Source: Octopus bimaculoides | Taxonomy: Eukaryota | Direction: 5' to 3' | DNA: 64,000 bases | NCBI RefSeq assembly: GCF_001194135.2 | Contig: NC_068990.1 | Location: 88,037,504-88,101,503, forward strand | The notes under the pieces: generated by a model | Told to the model about the DNA's origin: nothing | The model's input: only the letters and a program-made list of their open reading frames with translations | The model's database searches: none | Shown: positions 53,864 through 64,000 of the stretch, one piece after another | How the letters are laid out: the number at the start of each line of letters is the position of its first letter | Numbering within the stretch: the stretch's first letter is position 1 | Made by a program: the position numbers and the translations under genes

Positions 53864-55831
53864 TTACATTTGACAGATATTTGTCCTCATCTTGTTTGTT
53901 AACACAATGTTTCAGCTGATATACCCTCCAGCCTTCATCAGGTGTCTTGGGAAATGGAGGAAATACTGAAAAAATGGTAAAGAAACATTGGTCAAGGATG
54001 TTGTGAGTGAAGTAGACTGGATTGTTATAAAAGATCGGCAGTGTTTCAAAACTGAATTATTTTCTGACCATATAATAAAAATTTCCTTTATCGTCACAAA
54101 AGATTATTATAATGATTAACACTTTCCTTTAATCACATACAGAAATCTATAATACAGTGACCTACTTTTTATCATCATCATCATCTTCATTATTGATATT
54201 TTGCTTGATTTGAGACTCACTGATTAAGATGATAAACTTACAAATCTAAAATGTTGAAGGTCATTGCCTGTTCCAAATATTACAGTCAATGAAATACTAG
54301 GCACGTGTCTTCTACCAGACTCTCAAGTAGAATAAAGCTTTGTGATTGAAATTTGAGGGACATAAGCTGTGTGGAAGCCTGTAGAAGTGACAGTACCTGT
54401 TCTTGGATTACAGACTTAATCCACCACCTATTTTACCACAGCCACCTGGCCATTGAATGTTTTTAATGGTGTCTGCTCTTGCAAGTATTAGGGACATATC
54501 TTTATTCATCAGATAACTTACTTCTTTACTCACACCACTTTCGGAAACTCTGAAAATGCTAATGTATGCTGCTCTCCTTTCTCTCACTCAGTGGTTATAA
54601 ATAAAAACTGCTCTTTATTTACATTTGACAAATATCTGTCAAATGTAAATAATGTACATAATTCCTCATCTCTTAAATATAGAACTGATGCTTTTCTTGT
54701 CCCCAACCTTCTCATGTTTCCAAGCAATGTAACATTCACCCATGGCTGGACATGTTTCCAAGGAAGGTTGGAAACAAATGACTGCTTGTATGATGGTGAC
54801 ATTCATTTACAACTACTATGTGATGTCAAGACAAGAAAACTCAAACAAGCACACACACACACACACATACACGAGTTATATACATCAGTTTAATGGGATC
54901 ATGTGGTCAATAGGTTGTTAGCGTCTGACATACATATGGCTTGTATAGAACTCTCAAAGGAAAAATATTAGATCAATGAAACTTATTAATCAATATAAAA
55001 GATTCACTTTATTCCATATCAAAATTAATGGGGTAATTTTGGATAAGATGACAAATGCAACACAACTCCGAATTCAATACTGTGCCAGAACTAAAGAGTC
55101 CCCTCCTCTGCATTGTCACAACTGTAATGTCTTTTCTCATAGATGAACTTGACTAGGGCTGGCCTATGTCTAAAGAATAATAGAAATAAAGTAATATCAT
55201 TGTAAATGAACCAACAAAGAGCCCTATGTGGACACTTGCCCTGCTAGAAGTAGAACCAGGCCTAAACAACAACAGAATAAAACATCAATAGAAGAATAAA
55301 ATAAACTCTATACCAATAAAAATTTTGTTTATATATTACAGCCTCAGATATTTTCTGATTTTTTTTTCTTCTGTAAATTCATTTTTCAGGGTGAGACTGG
55401 AAAATGGGGAGAGTTATATTTTTATAAACAACCTATTCTTTTAGCTAAAACAAGACTATTTTTGCACGGATATTCAAGGAAATATTGCATAAAATTAGTT
55501 TAATTCATTGGTTGATCAGAGACATGAGAAGTTTTTGGCAAAATTACAGATGATTTATTGAACATATTTCGCTTCACATGCTTTTTTTAATGATAAGGTA
55601 GACACAAACATGTGTGTATACATATATATATATATATACACACACATATATATATATATACATATACACATACATACAAACAAATCTATATATATATATA
55701 TATACATACATAATATATATATTATGTATATATGTTTGTATGTATATATATATATATCATAAACCTGATAAAAAGCAATTTAGAGCACAGTTTCTTTCTC
55801 AATTATTACAGAGGTAAAAGCATTTACCATC

Positions 55832-55844
55832 ATGAAGCTTTTTG
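55832..55844 (+). CDS. Unknown secreted protein, first coding exon (MKLF+G); exon 55812-55844
   Basis: ttattacag acceptor, ATG AAG CTT TTT G|gtaagt; phase 1 matches the next exon. Confidence 0.65.
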
Positions 55845-57373
55845 GTAAGTAAACACTAAGCTTCCCTGTTATGTTTCTGGTCCTTTCAAATGTTGTTCAT
55901 GCCTTATTTCTGGAAATTTTGAGTTTGTTTGTAGCTGAGGACTATTTGTTGTTGGTTACCTGTTTATTGACATAATCTATTTCATAAAAACTAGTCTGCA
56001 AGTGAGAAGCTTGTGGTCTAAAATCATATTCACATATAATAGCAATTCTGATCCAATTTCTAGTCTTTCTTTATTCTATCAATAGCATCTTTTCCTTCCC
56101 TAACAACACCTCTACCTCTTTTCTGATCAAAAAAAAATTCCAGACTGGGATGCTTTTACAAATTAAAATTGAAAACAAAAGAAAAAAATATAATGGTAAT
56201 TTTATTTTAGCTAAATAACTTGAATGAAATATGAACTGAAATTTTAAAATAGATCATTTTGAAATTAAAAGAAAAATTAAACATTTGCTTTAATGATTCA
56301 TATTAAACTTCAAATTTTATTGGATTTCAGTTTAAGTTTGATTTTCAAATTCACACAAAATGTTTTTTGTGAATTTTTACTATACCCCTACCAATTTTTG
56401 ATTTTTAAAAATATTTTTCCTCATTTTGAAAAACCTCAAAATATAAGATATAAAACCTTAAACTTTCAGTCTATATAACACGAAATACATGACAGAACTC
56501 TTCTGAGATAACTCAATTTTTTCCGTCTGTGATGACTGAATTCAGCCCATCAATATTGCAGGGCAGCTTCTAGTTGAAATACTGCATACTTAAAAATCAG
56601 TGAACAGTGCTATCTATTAGTGCTTACTTATAGCTAGGTGAACAGTACCACTAAGTAATACCAACTTGCTACTAGATGCATTTTCTATGATCAACAAAGA
56701 CTGTATTTGAAGTGAATTTGAGTGGGGTTTACATCTTGTAGCAGAGATGTCTTAGAAATACCTGTAGTAGGGTTGTTTTAAGGGGAATGCCTCTGGGCAA
56801 ACCAGTTAGTGCATGTAAACATAAAATATCAAATAAAATTTTGCATTTCTATTGTTATTCTGCTTCTTATTAACCCTTTCCATACCAACCTGCTTGAGTC
56901 TGTCCCTGATTCTTGTAAAAAACACTTAATTGAAACAAAGGCAAAAAATTTTACAGAAATATCATGATAAACGGGTTAAGTTCCCTATCCTATTCGTTCT
57001 TATTCTTTGTAGTTTTGCCTAATACTTTCTTGTGCTACACTTTATTAACTTTCACATATTTTCTGAATCAATCTTATATTTTTCTGTTTTTTGATACATT
57101 TTTTTATTCTTTCCGATACTTTCTTATTGTTTTCTATAATTTCTTGTACTTTTTATGTTTCTAAGTGATTGTAATCTTTCATACACTTTAGTTTACTTTT
57201 TAATACCTTCCTATACCACTCTGTTCTTTTTATACTTCTTACTAAGCTGTCTAATACTTTCCCATACTTCCTTATATATTTCCATGCTTTTTATATGAAT
57301 CTTAATCAAACTCAGCTGCAAAGTAAAGATGATGTTTTTTTTCTTTCTTTTTTTACCTTTCTTTGGTTTTCAG

Positions 57374-57543
57374 CATTCCTCGTTTGTTCCATGTGTTCCA
57401 TGGTGTTGTTTCACCACATCGATGCTACAAGCTATCAGTTTGACATAAAACAATCTCTGGCAACAATCGACCTATTGCTCAAGGCTGGTCTGAGTAGCTT
57501 AAAAGTGCATGTAAGCAGCCTTTTTAAATCAACAAGTGGAAAG
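57374..57543 (+). CDS. Unknown secreted protein, coding exon 2 (AFLVCSMCSMVLFHHIDATSYQFDIKQ...STSGK)
   Basis: Very long pyrimidine tract + CAG, 170 nt open in the required frame, AAG|gtaaga donor. Confidence 0.75.
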
Positions 57544-57683
57544 GTAAGAACAAGAAGAGATAACTCTAACCGATGGGGTGCTCCTATCGTATTTAACAAG
57601 TTCTAAGTTAATATTTGATGAACATGTTTACATTTCATAAGTTATATAAAATAATTTCTCGTTATTATTCTTATAATGAACAG

Positions 57684-57765
57684 ATTCCAATTGATGGCAC
57701 ACCACTTATCATGAATTACTTTGCTCATGATTGTGATATCCATATAGGAAGAAAGAGAATGTTTC
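57684..57765 (+). CDS. Unknown secreted protein, coding exon 3 (IPIDGTPLIMNYFAHDCDIHIGRKRMF); an alternative in-frame acceptor at 57642 would add 14 aa
   Basis: Phase 0 to 1, gtaagt donor at 57766; I cannot decide between the two acceptors from sequence alone. Confidence 0.65.
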
Positions 57766-59101
57766 GTAAGTTTATGGTTTTGCTTTCTTTTTTCTTCTTG
57801 TTGTTATTGTTGTGTAATCCCAGACCATCCTTGCTCAACCAAAGCTATGGTTTACAGACAGTTGGTCAAAATCTGGGCATGACTCAGATCAGTTTTCCCA
57901 ATTATTTTGTCAACCGTAGTATACACTCCAACATGCATCATATGAATTACATGCATGACAGATTAAATATACTGCACTCTCTCCACTGAGCAATCTATTT
58001 CTGTACATCTGCAGATTCTAGTGGCAGCTACAGTAGACGCAAAAAAAAAAAAAAAAAAGACTTGAGGAGAAGGCTGCTGCCCCTTATCACTTACCAAAGT
58101 AGTAGCTCTGTTGTATTCTAATGGCATCTGCCATGAGAAAGAAATATTTCAGTGATGAAACTTCATCATATAAGTTGTGATCATCTTGTCCCCTTTCCTG
58201 CCATGTTATTTTCAAGATTTTTCTATCTAATATATTTATTGATTTTAAAAGCATTAAGGTCAAATAAGTGCAAAGAGATCCTTTTGATGGTTTGTTATTT
58301 GATTATATTTTGGTAGAGGTAAGGATCCAATGTAACATCATTTAGGAAGGGTAGCCAACCAAGTAAATAAAGTGCTAACCAACCTGAAAGGGCTTGAGGT
58401 CCTTTCCTATAGCCAATATTATCTCATATGCTCAAACATTTAAAATAGTGGACTTAACAATTACACTGGCTATTCACTTGATAGGCAAGCCTTTATCGAC
58501 CAATGTTTGACGATGCATAGATGTGTTGTGTCTTTCCCTCTACCTCATCTTTCTCTCTTTGAAGAATAGGAAAGAACCAGCAGAGAAATAGGAAGACCAT
58601 TCTTCAAATTAGAACTCAATACACATGTTGGGTATAATGGATATATTTATATTCACACTAAAGAGCTCAGTCTGTTTCTCAGGATCTAGGGATCATAGCC
58701 AAACTCACATCAACAGGGGCAAATAACTTTGTGTATGGAATGTTTAGTGGAGAGTTGAAAGTTCATGGGTTAGCCAAGCATGACTGGTGCTGCATATACA
58801 GTTAGTGTTGGTGTATGTCTGTATGTAAATTTTCAATTTTTTTTTTTTGGGGGGGGGGTCTCGTATAAGTGGTTTATGGTCATTTTCATTATGTGAGTGT
58901 ATGCAAGGGAGCATTAGTGACCATGCAAGTGTTTGCAGATAAGTGGGTGTGTTTGGATCTGTGTATTTTTGTGTGTAAGATTCTTTTAATGCCACTTGTG
59001 TATACTGTTCGGTCATCATTTAAAAAGACCAGACTTTAATTTATAGTGGTAGTGATGATGATGGTTATACCAATCTTCTTTTAACTTATTTTTTTATACA
59101 G

Positions 59102-59265
59102 TTGACAAAATAATTTCCTGTGAAGCAGAAGTTACTGAAGCTGTTACGAAAACTTCACGCACATGTGTGAAACCGACTCAGACAGAGGCAGTCCAATGTG
59201 CAGTAAAAGAGATCCTTGAGAAAATTAAATCCGATGCTGAAAAGGATAAAACCACAACATACTGA
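59102..59265 (+). CDS. Unknown secreted protein, last coding exon (LDKIISCEAEV...KDKTTTY-stop)
   Basis: tttaac branch-like site + pyrimidine tract + CAG, phase 1, 54 open codons to TGA, AATAAA at 59354-59359. Confidence 0.75.
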
Positions 59266-60935
59266 TTTACAAGCTTTGCTTTGATTTCTTTTTGCATATT
59301 ACATCCTTTGCCACCCTCATTTTTTTTTTTTTTTTTAATAATATTTCCCTTTGAATAAACAGATTAACTAGTTTGATTATTACTGTTTCTAATTTATAAA
59401 TTGTAATTACAAAATGTTTCCTTTATTTGTCTATTTACTCTGTTACCTTGTAATTTTCTTTAAAAAAGTGTTGCTGTTTAACCTAGAATCAAACCAGACA
59501 CTAGAATCAAAGAAAGTGAAAAGCATAATACAAGTTTTATACACGCAACAAAGAAATTGTATTTCTGTAATTGAAGATAAGATAATATGCATCTGTTTGC
59601 TTTATTAAGTATGTTAAACACATTCTTATTAGATTAAAGCTTGCCATCAGCAATAACTTCCAGGTACCTTGCATTTTTTTACAAAAGCAATGAAATCAAC
59701 TGAGGGACAAAAGATGTCTTGATATAAAAGTAACAACAATCCATTTGTTGACAGAGAGCATCAAACAACAGTTAGCATACTAAAGTTCAGCATAATTTCA
59801 ACCAGAATATACAGAAGATATTGCAAGTGAGAGGAGTCAATTGTCTTAAATAATCTGAGATAAAAGTTATCTTCTCATATATATATATATATATATATAT
59901 GTAGTGGATCTTGCAGGCATGATGTAGATTCGATCCTAGATAGCCAAATTTAAATTAACACTTCAACAGCACTTTTCTCACGGTAAACCAATAGTTTTTC
60001 TGTGACAGCAGTTTACATTTGCCAGATGCCTTAGCTAAGCAAAATAATGTCTTCGCCACTTGAACCTTCTAACCTCTTATAAGCCATCAAAAGCTAGAAT
60101 TAAGATAACAAGTACCACCAACGGAATCTATTGTTTTCAACAATATGTCTATCCTTCTGGACAGTTATAAAAACAAGAACCCCCAAGCAAAAGTCAGTTA
60201 GTGAGAACAGAGTCTGGCTGACTGGCTGAACAAAATGCTGTCACAAAAGAAAAGGGCACAAAAGGACCACTATGGTAACTCACCAACGAAGCAGTTGTTT
60301 CATCCCACACTCTCTCACTCTCACTAGCTCACTTTATTTTCTCTTACAACATCACTCTATTTCTATCTGTAATTACTACTACACAATGATGAGAACACAA
60401 AAACAAACTATACATGGAAAATCTACAACATCTAACTTTACTTTGCATGCTTTATGATTTTATCACCTGCCCATCGAGGCAAGGTATTTTGACAATAACA
60501 ATAAAATGAATATTTTCTTTACAACTTCAATCACTGTTCTTTCATCTTTACATAATGGCAATCAACGAAGAATCCTTACAAACTGATTACGACTCTGATA
60601 TTCCATACTATTGTTTACAAATTAATCTCAACCATTACAAAAATAACTTCTACTGTTTCATATATATATTTGTTTAGAAGATATGTTAACCTCATAAAGA
60701 GATGATTACAAGGAAATATTGGTTCTATACCTAGTATTTTGGGGAAATAAAATTTCCTTAAATCAATAGGTATATATTAAGAATATAATTTATGTTCAGT
60801 TAATTGAAGGAAAGAAAATAGAGAGGTGAAAGTTAATAACTATTTGTTATTAACAAATTGATAATCTTTACTTCTGACAGCTGTTTCCATTAGTGCCCAA
60901 TAGGTAAATTACAGCTTTATGCATTAAATTTGCCT

Positions 60936-61098
60936 GGAGTGGCTGTGTGGTAAATAGCTTGCTTACGAACCACATGGTTCTGGGTTCAGTCCCACTGCAT
61001 GGCACCTTGGGCAAGTGTCTTCTACTATAGCCTCAGGCTGACCAAAACCTTGTGAGTGGATTTGGTAGACGGAAACTGAAAGAAGCCCATCGTATATA

Positions 61099-61139
<41 letters not shown>

Positions 61140-61364
61140 GCATGTGTATATGCTTGTGTGTCTGTGTTTGTCCACCTAACATCATTTCACAACCGATACT
61201 GGTGTGTTTATGCCCCCGTAACTTAGAGGTTTGGCAAAAGAGACCGATAGAATAAGTACTAGGCTTACAAAGAATAAGTCCTGGGGTCGATTTGCATAAC
61301 TAAAGGCGGTGCTCCAGCATGACCACAGTCAAATGGCTGAGACAAGTAAAAAAGTAAAAGAGAG
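60936..61364 (+). mobile_element. tRNA-derived SINE, near full length (related copies near 14340-14500, 15200-15300, 18230-18500, 20560-20710, 29990-30230, 32205-32470, 53660-53780)
   Basis: A-box TGGCTGTGTGG, B-box GGTTCAGTCCC, internal (TG/TA)n, shared tail. Confidence 0.8.
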
Positions 61365-62171
61365 TATATGTTATGAGCATAATTTCTTCAGTTTATGCCA
61401 ACAGACTAAATATATTTAGCCTGCTGGCATGAACTGATAGGTCGGCATGTAACATCTTAAGGTACATCTTTTTCTCCAAAGAAATAATCCTTAAATGCAA
61501 ATTTAATGCATAAATCTGTAATTTACCCATTGGGCACTAATGGAAATGGCTTTAAAGATTACCAATTAATTAATAATAAACAATTATGAACTGTCAACTC
61601 TCCATTTTCTTTCCTTCAATCAGCTGAACATGATTGATTGATTGATTGACAGACAGAGATAGATAGATAAATAGTTGTTGAATCCAAATATATTTGGCAC
61701 CCCTAAGTAGGGGGCTTAGGGCCACAGCAACACCACAGAAGACTTCGTCATCATACAGTGCAGCTTGATGTCACTCCAATAAAGTTTATCTTTATTGGAA
61801 TGCAGCTTGGGAACCCAGGCGAGTTAGGGGGACCGAATTTTTTGGGGAATGAAAAAATATTTTCTTGTATGATTGTAATCTCCGACATCTAAAACGTTGG
61901 AATCCGAAAGATTTTTTTCAAAAAAAAAATGCATTTTTCAAGGAGAGGTGCGAAACTGCACTGGCCCCGATTGTTGGGAGCGAAATATTGTGATCTAAGC
62001 CATTATGCGATATTTACATTTGACTGGGTTGACAAGAGTTAAGGGAGTCTTAGCCATAAACATTGTACAAGGTGTCAGCTAACAGCTAAGCGGACTGAGC
62101 CTATCAATTTTCGCAATCAAGGGAGGTAACTCTAAACAGGAAGTAAACAAATGTTGCGTGCTCGATCGAAA

Positions 62172-62292
62172 ATGTCTCGGAGAGCAAAATGGATGTGGGG
62201 ACTATTTAAAAATTCTTTGTATTCTGTCAAACAACAGCAAAGAATCATTGGAAAAGATCATTTTGGGAATGTATATTACGAAAAGGAAGCAA
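62172..62292 (+). CDS. NDUFAF2: NDUFAF2 (mimitin) / NDUFA12-family complex I factor, exon 1
   Basis: MSRRAKWMWGLFKNSLYSVKQQQRIIGKDHFGNVYYEKEA contains the family GxDxFGNxYY motif; gtaact donor; CAGGAAGT ETS site at 62137-62144. Confidence 0.8.
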
Positions 62293-63258
62293 GTAACTGT
62301 TTCTTTTAGTTAAAAAAAAAAAAACAATTTTTTCTCTTGTATCAATTATATTTATTAAACATAACTTAGTGGAATGAAATTATGTAACATTGAATGTCTC
62401 TGTCAAGGGTGTTCAAAATATCGAAAATGTTTTATTTGTTCCTCGCCGTGTCTTTGTCTTTATAGCTACAGAACTGCGTGTTGAATTGATGTTGTTTAAC
62501 TCCAGATCGATTCTGATTAAGTAGACCTTTGATCAAAAGCATTCCAGCCATGACCGTCCCATATATTCAAGGACATCGAACAATACTTTATCTACCGTGT
62601 CATTTTTTTTTTTTTTTAATGTTGGTAGAGTGCGATCTGAAGGTGATTTGACTGTTATTTCTAAGAGGTCGAACTATAATGGAGATTCCCACTATATCTC
62701 ATGTGGGTTTGTTTGTAGATAGTACCGAGTTCAGTTTCCACCGAAATTGGTTTTGCCTTTCTTCCTTTCGGTAAAAGAAAGTTCGGCGGAGGTAAAGATC
62801 ACGGACCGCACCCCCTTTGCGATATGTTGGGGTTTTATTTTTTAAAGGAACACACTATATCGAAGGCGGAGATTCCGAATCTGAAAAATAATCTGCAGTT
62901 CAAAATTTAAATCCACCCCCTTCACCCCACGCTAAATTTCTTAAATTTTCACTTTTTATTAAAACATTTTTTTGGCGAAATACATAGAAAAACATGCTGG
63001 TAACAGAAAACAAACCCTGTTGACCTCTTGGATTGGACTAACTGAACATGGGGTAAGGGTTCTAATCTGCTACTATCCAGAAAGAAAGATTTCTTTCTCA
63101 TCTGCTGAGCACCATAAAAGTGGAGCTAAGCCTTTAAAAGCTTGCCAAAGTTCTGGAGACATATAATTGACTGTTAATTAGCTGATTAACTTTGTTATAT
63201 GAAATTATGAAACATTACAGAAAATTCAAAAGATTAATCTATTTCTCTGAAATTTCAG

Positions 63259-63348
63259 ATCCTTCTCGAAACTTGAGAGGGGCTCGATGGGTTGAACCTG
63301 CAGATGGAGATCAGATGACACCCCCAGATATGCCTATAGAATGGGAAG
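63259..63348 (+). CDS. NDUFAF2: NDUFAF2/NDUFA12-family exon 2 (NPSRNLRGARWVEPADGDQMTPPDMPIEWE); gene continues beyond the window
   Basis: tttcag acceptor and gtaatc donor, phase 1 to 1. PxEWE resembles NDUFAF2 (IPTEWEAW) more than NDUFA12 (VPPEWHRW). Confidence 0.8.
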
Positions 63349-63628
63349 GTAATCCAGTATTTCTTCTTCTTTCGTTTGTTTAGCCCTTTGTGTCACTTTT
63401 CTCTGTATGTGTGTGTGTGTGTATGTTTACTGGTATTGATAGCCAAGTTGGGCCTCATATATTATTGATGCTACTGTAAATGCAAGAGATGTGCTCAACA
63501 GAAAATAAAACTTGTAAAATCTCATAAACCCAGGGTCTCGTAAAGCAGGTTCTTGTAAAATGAGGTATTACTGTAACATACTAATTATTTAAATTCAACA
63601 AAATTCTTGATTAGTTTCAAATTGTAGC

Positions 63629-64000
63629 AGCATCATAGTCAACTGCTACAAAGGTAAAGGGGACGCTTTAGATACAAATAATTACAGAGGCATCAAGCTG
63701 TTAGATCAGGTTATGAAAGTTACAGAGAGGGTCATAGCCCAACTAATTAGGGAGCGAATCAATTTAGATGAGATGCAGTTTGGGTTCGTGCCAGGTAAAA
63801 GCACTACTGATGCCTTATTTCTAGTGAGACAGTTGCAAGAGAAATACCTAGCCAAGGATAAACCTCTGTACCTGGCTTTCGTTGACATGGAGAAAGCCTT
63901 TGACAGGGTCCCCCGATCCCTTATCTGGTGGTCAATGAGGAAACTTGGGATAGAAGAATGGCTAGTGAGAGCTGTGCGAGCCATGTACAGAGATGCGGCC
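63629..64000 (+). mobile_element. RTE-clade LINE reverse transcriptase, 5'-truncated, in NDUFAF2 intron 2; runs off the window
   Basis: Uninterrupted frame YKGKGDALDTNNYRGIKLL...QFGFVPGKSTTDA...AFVDMEKAFDRVPR. Confidence 0.93.

Noticed and set aside
55390-55597. AG...GT-bounded 208-nt segment upstream of the secreted-protein gene
   Set aside because: Stops in all three frames. It could be a 5' UTR exon but cannot be supported without transcripts.
60936-61030. tRNA-like A/B boxes here and in other copies
   Set aside because: SINE heads; no cloverleaf or anticodon arm supportable as a tRNA gene.

Overview
AT-rich, microsatellite- and SINE-dense animal genomic DNA with short N-gaps. The repeat families and protein sequences suggest an octopus/coleoid cephalopod (inference). 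I found four protein-coding loci. (1) The last coding exon of a TASK-type two-pore K+ channel (24109-24920, +). (2) A complete 60S ribosomal protein L7 (uL30) gene on the minus strand, with a TOP-type start near 51580 and the stop at 34412. It has five conventional exons plus 12 symmetric 18-24 nt micro-exons that build an 88-aa lysine-rich N-terminal extension; the central micro-exons sit in tandemly duplicated ~0.5-1.2 kb exon+intron units. (3) An unrecognised four-exon gene for a ~142-156 aa secreted protein (55832-59265, +). (4) The first two exons of an NDUFAF2/NDUFA12-family gene (62172-63348, +). The rest is mariner, hAT-MITE, RTE, CR1 and SINE relics plus simple repeats. The standout observation is the micro-exon array in RPL7. 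All exon models are manual reconstructions from splice signals and reading frame, without transcript data.
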